Assembly: GCA_001899175.1 (NCBI GenBank)
Contig: MKVH01000014.1
Coordinates: 8,907 to 72,906, forward strand
DNA length: 64,000 nucleotides
Direction of reading: 5' to 3'
Origin: Candidatus Kapaibacterium thiocyanatum
GTDB taxonomy: Bacteria > Bacteroidota > Ignavibacteria > Kapaibacteriales > Kapaibacteriaceae
Position 1 is the stretch's first letter; each line of letters starts with the position of its first letter. The position numbers and the translations under genes are program-made. Positions 9,060-17,706 of this stretch are shown here, piece after piece. The notes under the pieces were generated by a model, which was given only the letters and a program-made list of their open reading frames with translations, ran no database searches and was not told the DNA's origin.

Positions 9060-12000
9060 ATGCGTCGTTCCACCGTACTACTGTTGCTGTGTCTGCTTTC
9101 CGTCATGCCCGTCATGGCGCAGAAGGACCAGGAGAACATCCAGCGTGCCGAGATCCGGGAACGCACGACGCAGCTCAGTATGGGGGTGTCGACGCTGGAA
9201 GAGAACAGCGTCATGGCGACGGACATCTACTCTACCATCGAAAACGCCTTGTGCGGCTATCATTGTGTCCGCAAGGCGAAGATCAGGGTCCGATTGCATG
9301 CGAACGGCGATGCTAACCTGTTCCGTATCTATGGACAGAACGTGGCATGCAGCGTGACGCTCGATCCCGTCTACGTCTATACCGGTGTGGCTACCACGAT
9401 CCTTACGCAGAAGACGCTCAGCATCAACATCGACAATACGACGTTCCAGAACGAGGCCGTCGTCGAATTCGACGTCACCAGCGATCACCCGAAACGTTGT
9501 CCGTACTCCTATCCCAGTGGAAGGCCGGGTCGCGATCAGTATGGTATCAAGGTGGCCGCTCCGATCGATCTTGCGAACATTCCCATGGGGCTGAGAAGTC
9601 TCGTCAAGCTCGAAGTGACCTTGATCGAAGAGCTGACGGACGATCCCACCAAGGGGGGAACCTCGTCGACGGCATTGCTCGTGCCCCAGGCGCCATCCGT
9701 GAGTGGGAATCCCGTGACCCTGTCGTGGACGATGGGTACCTGTGCGGACAAGTTCCCGATGTACGTCGTACAGATCCTGCGTCTGTACAACCAGTCCGCT
9801 TCCTACAGCACCGATCCGGTCAAGTGCAGTACGGCCGTCGACTGGTCGCGTGCCTTGACCATTCCCATCTACGGACATGCGACGTCGCTCACGCTGACAC
9901 TTGCCGAAGGAACCGGCTACTATCTCTGGCGTGTGCGGCCCATCGGTAATCTCTATCCGAACTATCTCGGTGACAGCCGGAACTGGGGAGCATGGACGGC
10001 GGCAGCGACGACGACGCTCAATCTCAACGGGGCGACCACGTCGGCGAACGTGGCTACGGCCTCGACCGGAGCACCCAATTCCGCCTTCTACTACAACCAG
10101 TTCGATGCGGACAAGAACTGGTATTTCTCGAGACAGTACTTCGAAGCGAAGGATGGCAAGCCAGGTATCGCGGAGTCGATGACCTATGCTACGGAACTCC
10201 TGCAACCGATACAGACGCAACGCTCAAGTGCGTCGACGGGCGGAGTGCTTGTGCAGCAAACGATACTGGATCATTTCAACCGCCCTGCGCTAAGTACGAT
10301 GGGAGCTATGAAGTCATCGACACCAGCTCCTCTCGCCTACGTATCGGCCTTCGCCAAAAACGTATCCACGAGCCAGTTGTACAGAGCACTCGACTTCGAC
10401 AGCACGAATACTGCCACGTCACCGAATGGTATGAGTGGCCAGGTGCGCGACTATTGGTCAGGCAGTGCGGACGTAGATATTCCATCACCGGGTAATTTTC
10501 CGTTCTCACGAACGGTGTACGAGGCCGATCCATTGGCACAGGTCACCGAACAGAGTGGACCTGGTCCGGATCACAGAATCGGTAGCGGGCATACGACCAG
10601 GACCTTCAGCGCTGCGGTGGCCGATGCCGAACTCGTTACGATCTTCGGCGATGAAGCGCCGTCCGACACCGCCGTCGTCAAAATCGTGTCGACTGATCAG
10701 AATGGCGTCACCTCACTCACCTACAAGTTGAAGGATGGAAAGTCTATCGCCACCTGCCTTGTAGACGATGGTTCGACACTCAACGTACTCGATCTCAACG
10801 ACAAGGGTAATGTCAACAACGTCGAAATGATCGATTCGATCAAGGGCGGTGGCATCGCCAAGGATCCCACGACGCTTCTCCTCCAGCAGGAGTTCACGCT
10901 CCTGAAGGATGCCACGACGTACTTCTACTATGGATTGCAGGCCAACAGGTATTCCGACGAATGCCAGGAAATCTGCAGGACGTGTGACTATACCGTCGAA
11001 CTGAAGGTACGACGCAAGTCCGACAATAGCGTCGTCCATAGTTATTCGGGTACGATCAGTCAGGCTTCCTGTCCCGGAAGCAGTACGAGCGATCCGAAGC
11101 TCCAGCAGAACTGGACCTCCACGTCGCTGTCGAAGGGTACCTACAAGGTCGAGCGGATTCTCACTCCCAAGGCTACCGTCAACGGCCCTGCCGTCGAGGA
11201 GTACAAAAAGGATCTTACGACGGCCTTCAATACGAAAGCCCTCGATGTCATGCGAACGATGTTCAACGGTAGTACGAGCCCCGGATATCTCGAGCAGTAC
11301 TACAACGGCGACCACCTGACGAACGAAGCCTTCCTCGTACAGATGCTGAAGAAGTACAATGAGTACAAGACTACGCATGGCAGCAGCGTCTCACTCGACG
11401 ATTGCTGCACGGTAGGGATGCCGGAGGCGGCCTGCTCGACCGGTTGTGAAGAAGGCATCGACTACGAAGCGTATCTGGTCGCCCAATGCAGTACCCAGCT
11501 ATGGTCGGATTCCATGCGTACGAGCACCGGAGCCACGTTCACGGTTGCGCAGATGGCCTCTCCCTACGCGTACTTCTTCCTTCCGGATGGTACAGCACTG
11601 TTCGCATCTCATATTGAAGCTGCGGGGAAACTGAACACCCTGATGACCAATCTGAAAGCCAATGGCTACTCGTGCGAAGAGGTGTGGGCATGCTGGAGCA
11701 ATCTCATGCGTCTTGACGTGCTGAAGACCGTGGCGATGGAAAAGGTCACCGTGGCCGGTGATACACGGTATCGTCCCCGTGTCGGCTTCAGTCTCCTCGA
11801 TTACTTCATGGACTGCCTCGGTCCGAAGTATTGCGGTTACGTGCCGATTGCAGATAGGGTCACAGGTACCGATCCCTGGGTGACCAAGGCCTGGAAGGTG
11901 ATTCCGTACGATGCGACGAACACTGCCGAAACGAAGTGCCTGACGGAGATGGGCTACAATCCGGCCGATACGATGTGGAACTGTGCGCTCACGCAGCAAT

Positions 12001-15000
12001 CCATCGACGACGTTCACGAGAACTTCGCCCAGCTCCATGCATGTCTGAAAGCCGCCCGTTATGGAGCGGTGATGCAGGCCAAGGCCAATCAGTACGCATC
12101 CGAGCAGAGTCCGTCGATCAGCATACCCGCAAGTTGTACCACCGCGGTCTGCCTGACGGAAAAGATCCTGAAGATGGAAGCCGAGTGCACGAATTCGTGC
12201 GAAGCGAAATATGGTCTGTTCCGCGATTCGTTGGTGGCCATGTATCTCAGGGCCGGGTACTATGTGGAAGGTGTTTCCCCGTATACGACCCCGACGCCGA
12301 ATCCGAACGTCACACGCCTCCAGCTCTACTGTGCAGCGCGAACGCTCGTCGATCAGTGCAAGGAAGACTGTTCGCTTTCGCCCGTCACCTTCGACCCCGT
12401 GACGAATGCGATGACGTGGCCGGATGCGGCGAAGCTGAAACTCCATCACGAGGCCAAGACGTCGCAGTCCTTCCGCCTCTCGATTCCGCAGGAAGGGGAA
12501 TGCCCGACTGACTACCGACGTGTACAGAAATACATCCATGTCCTCGAATTCATGATGGATCTTCTGAACGAGCGTCTCAAGGCTTTCCGTGCCACGATGA
12601 CGACGGAGCATGCGACGATGGATCTCAAGGCGATCCTTTCGGAGCCGGACTTCTCCGGTCTCGCGAGCTGCCTCGGAGACGTCACCAGGTTCCCGGTCGT
12701 CGTACGGAAGAGCGTATCGTCGCGCTTCGTCATGCGCAAGCAGGGAAGCGAATGCAGGCTCGTCTACAACTGGGATTCCGTTGAAGAACCATATGACAGG
12801 GACACGCATATCCTCGTGACCGTGCTGAATAACTTCCTGAACAGCGGGTGGGGCAAGGTCATCGACAACACTCAACTCACGAACTACTTCATCACTCCCG
12901 GGGCGACGGCGACGACCAACGCCGCCATCGATCCGGTCAACTACTACACGGTCTGGACGCATACGAACGTCATGGCCGCCACGGATTTCAACGATCCGTT
13001 GCGTCCCGTCACGGCTTGCCCGCCGAATGGCCTCAACATCACCGACAATCCTGCCGGTATCCTTCCCAATCCTGGTATGTACGGCAACTGGACGATGTGT
13101 GCCATGCCTCTGCCGTGTATCAACGGCTTGCGAATGAACATGGCCGTGATGCCAGGTCTGCTGAGGTTCTACAGCATGTCGCGTACGGCGTTCAAATACT
13201 TCCCGACGGCGACGGAGTCGCGAGTCTACGGTGATGCCATCATCGACATCTGTGGACAGTCCTTCGGCTACGGTTTCAAGGTGATGCAGCAGCCAGTGAC
13301 AGGAGTACCGGTGTGGACGCTCGAGGTCCGCAGGGGCATGGTGGCGCCGTACTTCCTGACGGCATTGGGACAAACCGGTGAACCGGAACTTCTCGATCTC
13401 GGTATCCGTGGTGCGGGGGCGATCGGCTTCAATACGAAGTTCACGGATATCTACGGATACTTCCGCGTGATGAACGGCGAGTTCCAGTACGTGGACCTCA
13501 CGCCCGGAGCACCGCAGGAGGTCACGGTCATACCATGTCTGAAGCCACAGTGCAATCTTGTTCCTCCGGATAGTTGCAACGACATCGACATCTGCCGTAC
13601 GTGTGCGGAGATGCAATGTGCGGATGTATGTTTCAAATGGGTGGCGGCCGATACGATCGAGCCGAAGTTCCAGATGAAGTCGAAGAGCTGCGCGCGTATG
13701 GCCATCGACAGGCTCATCGAGTACTTCAACCAGGAGTTCTACGGTGGCTGCCTGCAGAGGACACTTAAGGAAGCCGAGATCTCGTACAATGGTGCGTGCT
13801 GGAATCCGAAGGCCGTACGCGACACGGTTCTCGTGAAGCATACGGAAGGGTATTACTACTACACCTTGTATTACTACGATCGCGCTGGTAACCTTATCAA
13901 GACCGTTCCGCCGAAGGGCTTCGTGCCTCTCACCGGCGTCAACGCTACGCGCTTCAATCGCCCATCGCATACCATGCTGTCCAAGTATTCCTATAACTCT
14001 CTCGGTCAGATTGTCAAGCAGTCAACACCGGACGGGGGGATTACGGAGTTCTGGTACGATGCGGCCAAACGCCTGAGGGTTTCACAGAACGCGAGCCAGG
14101 CGAGTACGAAGTATACGGTTACGGATTACGACGATCTCAATAGGGTCGTACTTACTGGTGAGGTGACGGCTTCGCTCCCGACCACAGGTCAGACGCTCGC
14201 CGATGCCGTGACGCCACTGTCCGGAATGTTCCATACGGGTACTATATATTCGACAGTTGCCACCTTACCGACGCCGTATGCATCACTGGTCCAGAGATTC
14301 GTGCAGAATCGGATCAGTTCGACATATACGGACGAAGATGGCAGTGGAGGAACAGCGGACGACAGGGCGACCACCTACTATTCATACGATCCTCATGGGA
14401 ATGTAGAATGGGTCGTTCATGTTCTGCCTGGTATGACGTCACCGATCCGTGTCGAATATGAATACGATCTCATCACCGGCAAGGTCGTACAGATGAACTA
14501 TCAGCGTGGCTATGCCGACCAGTACTTCACTAAGTACGCGTATGATGCCGAGATGCGCCTCACGGAAGTACGGACCAGCCGCGACAGTGTGATATGGGAG
14601 AAGGATGCTTCATACACGTATCTGCCCCATGGTCCCTTGCGCAGAATGGAAATCGGTCAGGAAAAGGTATCGGGAATCGACTATGCCTATACGATTCACG
14701 GTTGGCTCAAAGGACTCAATCATCCATCACTGGAATCGGCGAACGATCCCGGAAACGACGGTGGAGGCGGCAGCGATTTCCCCAAGGATGCCTTCGGGAT
14801 GACACTTGGCTATTACGACGATGACTTCGTTCGTACCGATCCTGGTGGACCGTCGCCATACGTAAGTGGTAATAGCTGGTCGCATGCCGTTACAGGACTC
14901 TATGACGGTAACATTGCTGGATGGATGCACAGTGCGCGTGACATTAGCGGTGTGCCGACGCGCGGACTGGCGGAGCTCTATGGATATGACCGCTTGAATC

Positions 15001-16685
15001 GCTTACGCGCAGATACGGGGGTATTTCGTGCCACGACACCGACATCGTGGGATGCCAAACCTGCCGGTCTAGGGGCTTTCGGCTCTTCGTATGAATACGA
15101 TCCCAACGGCAACATCTCGAAGCTGAAACGACTGGATGCAGCCGGTGGAGATGTCGACGATCTGACGTATACGCTCCAGAACGCCAATCAGAACCGACTC
15201 GATCGGGTAGTGGACGCCATCTCGGCCGGGGCTTCGTCGTATACGAACGATCTCGATAATACTCAGACAACCGGCAACTATGGTTACGACAACATTGGCA
15301 ATCTCACGAAGGATGTTGGTGCCGGTATCGGTACGAACGGTATCGAATGGACGCCGTATGGAAAGATCAGGAAGATCACGAACGCTACATATCGTATCGA
15401 GTACCTCTACAATGCCACAGGAAACCGTATCCGACAGAAGCGTACGAAGCTCTCGGATAACAGTGTCGTGACGACATATTACGGTCGTGATGCGTCCGGT
15501 AATGTGATCGTCTCCACATATGAGAAGGTCGGCACCGGGGCTACCGTACTCAAGGAAGCTCCGATCTATGGTTCATTGCGACTTGGCGTTCTCAGACCCG
15601 GTGTAAATCAGTCGACGACCGGATTGACGCCACCTGCCGTTTACGAACGGTATCTCGGCAAGAAAGACTACGAGTTGGTGGATCACCTTGGTAACGTGCA
15701 TGCCGCTGTCAGTGACCGTCTTATCAAGCCTGGTGCCGACTGGCGGAATGACGTGACGATGCAGACCGACTACTTCCCGTTCGGTATGCAGCGTGAAGAC
15801 CGCAATGACCAGATCGCTGGCTACCGATATGGATACAATGGAAAGGAGAACGACAATGACGTGAAGGGTGAAGGTAACGAGCAGGATTATGGTGCGCGTA
15901 TCTATGATCCCCGTATTGGACGTTTCCTGAGTGTCGACCCTTTGACGAAGGACTTCCCCTGGTATACACCATACCAGTTCGCCGGGAATAAACCTATTCT
16001 CGCTCTCGATCTGGATGGCTTGGAGGAACTCATCTACAAGTATCGATACGATCAGCAACGCGCCATCCTTCAATTGATTACTGTCGTGGATACGCGATCC
16101 TTCATGCAGAAGTTCAGATCGCCCAAGACGATTCAGTACCAGTACTTCGATTCCGACGATAAACGCGTGAGGGTCCGGCGGAACTATCAAGGAAAGTATG
16201 TGCCCGGTGACAATGAGATCATGGAGTTCTACGCAGGGAACTTGTTCGGTTCCATCTATATTGGCCCATGGAATCCGATGCAGGCCAATGGGAAGGATCC
16301 GGACTACAGGCGTGAACCACAGGATATGGAAGATGCAGGGGCATTGATCCATGACCTGATGTACGATGACGTAGGTGCCGTAGGTGCCGATGGTGCATTC
16401 AATCAGCCTTCGACCATTCCGGCGGACAACAAGCTCATTGAGAACTCGAGATTAACCCAAGTAATGTACATCAAGCGTGAGATGGATCCGTATACTGGCA
16501 ACGCCGTCAGCCCGGAGACGAATCTTCGTGCTCAACTGGTATCCGACGCCTTCATGCTTTTGGTTGCGCAGAAAAGCACCCGTACAGAAGTTCCCAAGTT
16601 TTTTGAGAGAATGTGGGAGAAACTGAAGAACAACGTGTACGAAGGATTGCAGGAAGCAGAAGATAGAATCAAGAGAGGTCCATGA
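9060..16685 (+). CDS. RHS repeat-associated core protein with signal peptide, FN3-like N-terminal domain, Cys-rich insertion and C-terminal PLA2-like toxin
   Basis: Likely start MRRSTVLLLLCLLSVMPVMA-Q at 9060. YD repeats (YYYDRAGNL, YSYDPHGNV, YEYDPNGNI). RHS core DHLGNV...DYFPFG...YRYGYNGKE...DYGARIYDPRIGRFLSVDPL...PYQFAGNKPI..DLDGL. Confidence 0.92.
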   Translation: MRRSTVLLLLCLLSVMPVMAQKDQENIQRAEIRERTTQLSMGVSTLEENSVMATDIYSTIENALCGYHCVRKAKIRVRLHANGDANLFRIYGQNVACSVTLDPVYVYTGVATTILTQKTLSINIDNTTFQNEAVVEFDVTSDHPKRCPYSYPSGRPGRDQYGIKVAAPIDLANIPMGLRSLVKLEVTLIEELTDDPTKGGTSSTALLVPQAPSVSGNPVTLSWTMGTCADKFPMYVVQILRLYNQSASYSTDPVKCSTAVDWSRALTIPIYGHATSLTLTLAEGTGYYLWRVRPIGNLYPNYLGDSRNWGAWTAAATTTLNLNGATTSANVATASTGAPNSAFYYNQFDADKNWYFSRQYFEAKDGKPGIAESMTYATELLQPIQTQRSSASTGGVLVQQTILDHFNRPALSTMGAMKSSTPAPLAYVSAFAKNVSTSQLYRALDFDSTNTATSPNGMSGQVRDYWSGSADVDIPSPGNFPFSRTVYEADPLAQVTEQSGPGPDHRIGSGHTTRTFSAAVADAELVTIFGDEAPSDTAVVKIVSTDQNGVTSLTYKLKDGKSIATCLVDDGSTLNVLDLNDKGNVNNVEMIDSIKGGGIAKDPTTLLLQQEFTLLKDATTYFYYGLQANRYSDECQEICRTCDYTVELKVRRKSDNSVVHSYSGTISQASCPGSSTSDPKLQQNWTSTSLSKGTYKVERILTPKATVNGPAVEEYKKDLTTAFNTKALDVMRTMFNGSTSPGYLEQYYNGDHLTNEAFLVQMLKKYNEYKTTHGSSVSLDDCCTVGMPEAACSTGCEEGIDYEAYLVAQCSTQLWSDSMRTSTGATFTVAQMASPYAYFFLPDGTALFASHIEAAGKLNTLMTNLKANGYSCEEVWACWSNLMRLDVLKTVAMEKVTVAGDTRYRPRVGFSLLDYFMDCLGPKYCGYVPIADRVTGTDPWVTKAWKVIPYDATNTAETKCLTEMGYNPADTMWNCALTQQSIDDVHENFAQLHACLKAARYGAVMQAKANQYASEQSPSISIPASCTTAVCLTEKILKMEAECTNSCEAKYGLFRDSLVAMYLRAGYYVEGVSPYTTPTPNPNVTRLQLYCAARTLVDQCKEDCSLSPVTFDPVTNAMTWPDAAKLKLHHEAKTSQSFRLSIPQEGECPTDYRRVQKYIHVLEFMMDLLNERLKAFRATMTTEHATMDLKAILSEPDFSGLASCLGDVTRFPVVVRKSVSSRFVMRKQGSECRLVYNWDSVEEPYDRDTHILVTVLNNFLNSGWGKVIDNTQLTNYFITPGATATTNAAIDPVNYYTVWTHTNVMAATDFNDPLRPVTACPPNGLNITDNPAGILPNPGMYGNWTMCAMPLPCINGLRMNMAVMPGLLRFYSMSRTAFKYFPTATESRVYGDAIIDICGQSFGYGFKVMQQPVTGVPVWTLEVRRGMVAPYFLTALGQTGEPELLDLGIRGAGAIGFNTKFTDIYGYFRVMNGEFQYVDLTPGAPQEVTVIPCLKPQCNLVPPDSCNDIDICRTCAEMQCADVCFKWVAADTIEPKFQMKSKSCARMAIDRLIEYFNQEFYGGCLQRTLKEAEISYNGACWNPKAVRDTVLVKHTEGYYYYTLYYYDRAGNLIKTVPPKGFVPLTGVNATRFNRPSHTMLSKYSYNSLGQIVKQSTPDGGITEFWYDAAKRLRVSQNASQASTKYTVTDYDDLNRVVLTGEVTASLPTTGQTLADAVTPLSGMFHTGTIYSTVATLPTPYASLVQRFVQNRISSTYTDEDGSGGTADDRATTYYSYDPHGNVEWVVHVLPGMTSPIRVEYEYDLITGKVVQMNYQRGYADQYFTKYAYDAEMRLTEVRTSRDSVIWEKDASYTYLPHGPLRRMEIGQEKVSGIDYAYTIHGWLKGLNHPSLESANDPGNDGGGGSDFPKDAFGMTLGYYDDDFVRTDPGGPSPYVSGNSWSHAVTGLYDGNIAGWMHSARDISGVPTRGLAELYGYDRLNRLRADTGVFRATTPTSWDAKPAGLGAFGSSYEYDPNGNISKLKRLDAAGGDVDDLTYTLQNANQNRLDRVVDAISAGASSYTNDLDNTQTTGNYGYDNIGNLTKDVGAGIGTNGIEWTPYGKIRKITNATYRIEYLYNATGNRIRQKRTKLSDNSVVTTYYGRDASGNVIVSTYEKVGTGATVLKEAPIYGSLRLGVLRPGVNQSTTGLTPPAVYERYLGKKDYELVDHLGNVHAAVSDRLIKPGADWRNDVTMQTDYFPFGMQREDRNDQIAGYRYGYNGKENDNDVKGEGNEQDYGARIYDPRIGRFLSVDPLTKDFPWYTPYQFAGNKPILALDLDGLEELIYKYRYDQQRAILQLITVVDTRSFMQKFRSPKTIQYQYFDSDDKRVRVRRNYQGKYVPGDNEIMEFYAGNLFGSIYIGPWNPMQANGKDPDYRREPQDMEDAGALIHDLMYDDVGAVGADGAFNQPSTIPADNKLIENSRLTQVMYIKREMDPYTGNAVSPETNLRAQLVSDAFMLLVAQKSTRTEVPKFFERMWEKLKNNVYEGLQEAEDRIKRGP

Positions 16686-17131
16686 TGTCGACAAGATGGT
16701 GCTATGGGATCGTTGTACTGATCGGTCTGCTCGTTTCCGCGTGTGGCGGTACGCACGGACATGTCGGTCAGTATTGGGTACCGGGAACGACCGATGAAAT
16801 ATATGACACGCTGCATGATATCGCTGCAGATAGCGCAAGTGGAGTCAGTCTTGTCGACAATGAGGACTACGGTCTCAAACCATATCTGAGGGTCACTATC
16901 CTGACTCCTGGTTATTCCATCAAGGGAGTAACGTTGCGTGTCAGCACACCTCTTGAGCGTGACGGTGCACGAGGATGTCTGGTCAGCATCGTCGACGTGC
17001 GGCGTAAGGATGGCGTCAATTGCCATTCGGGCGACTGTGCCGCGAAAGAGGTTGAAGAAGGCAAGAAGGCTGCCGAGGCATTCCTGATGGGACCGTTGAG
17101 ACGATCGTTCAGAGTGGACCTCATTGACTAG
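16682..17131 (+). CDS. Lipoprotein, candidate immunity protein of the RHS toxin
   Basis: ATGA overlap with the RHS stop; lipobox LLVSA-C; small (149 aa); position typical of immunity genes. Confidence 0.7.
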   Translation: MMSTRWCYGIVVLIGLLVSACGGTHGHVGQYWVPGTTDEIYDTLHDIAADSASGVSLVDNEDYGLKPYLRVTILTPGYSIKGVTLRVSTPLERDGARGCLVSIVDVRRKDGVNCHSGDCAAKEVEEGKKAAEAFLMGPLRRSFRVDLID

Positions 17132-17176
17132 GTTCATTCAGATCAATTCGTATCGTGGGTCGGACAATACACAACC

Positions 17177-17590
17177 ATGCTCCACACCACCAACTACACC
17201 GATACCTTCATAGAAGTCGCCGAGGATTGTCCTGCCACGTCGGGTGAGGTGCCGCCGCAGAAGGGCGATGCCAGGACGGTGGCTACGATCCATTTCGACA
17301 TGATCCATAGCCATCCCTACAGATACACGTCCGACGACGTGATCTTCCAGGTCCATGCCCTGAAGAATGACGTCACGGAGAAGGAGATGGCCGCCGAACG
17401 GACGAAATTCTTCGCGAAAGGGCAGGCCTGCCTGCGTTGTTCGCCCCTGACGAAGCGCTACGGCTGGGGCGTTCACAGCGATTCCGAAGGAAGGGTGGCC
17501 CTCTATGCCGTCGATTCGGCCGAGTACGGGAAGCTGGCCAGGGACAAGGCGTTGGCCCATGTGAAGGGGATGCGGTCGAAACGTGCCTAG
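17177..17590 (+). CDS. Conserved hypothetical protein (DUF6157-like)
   Basis: HTTNYTDTFIEVAEDCP...FFAKGQACLRCSPLTKRYGWGVH signature recognised from memory. Confidence 0.75.
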   Translation: MLHTTNYTDTFIEVAEDCPATSGEVPPQKGDARTVATIHFDMIHSHPYRYTSDDVIFQVHALKNDVTEKEMAAERTKFFAKGQACLRCSPLTKRYGWGVHSDSEGRVALYAVDSAEYGKLARDKALAHVKGMRSKRA

Positions 17591-17660
17591 GGGCGGGGTA
17601 GGGGGCGGATGCGATCCCGGAAAGGCCCAACAATAACCCATCGTCTTTGCCGGTTCGTGC

Positions 17661-17668
17661 TATCTTTG
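17661..17668 (+). promoter_or_regulatory. Bacteroidota-type -7 promoter box TATCTTTG
   Basis: Exact TAnnTTTG match 38 nt upstream of the permease ATG at 17707. Confidence 0.6.
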
Positions 17669-17706
17669 CCCGATCGTAACGAGGGTTCTAATCATACGGA
17701 ATAGGC

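Noticed and set aside
11499-13970. 823-aa minus-strand ORF, plus other long antisense ORFs (4944-6821, 17692-19221, 56336-58051, 62724-63926)
   Set aside because: Shadow frames opposite well-supported genes, expected from GC-rich codon bias; no recognisable motifs.
17177-17590. DUF6157-like gene as a second immunity gene
   Set aside because: Widely conserved stand-alone protein with host-like composition, separated by a spacer; no evidence of a link to the toxin.
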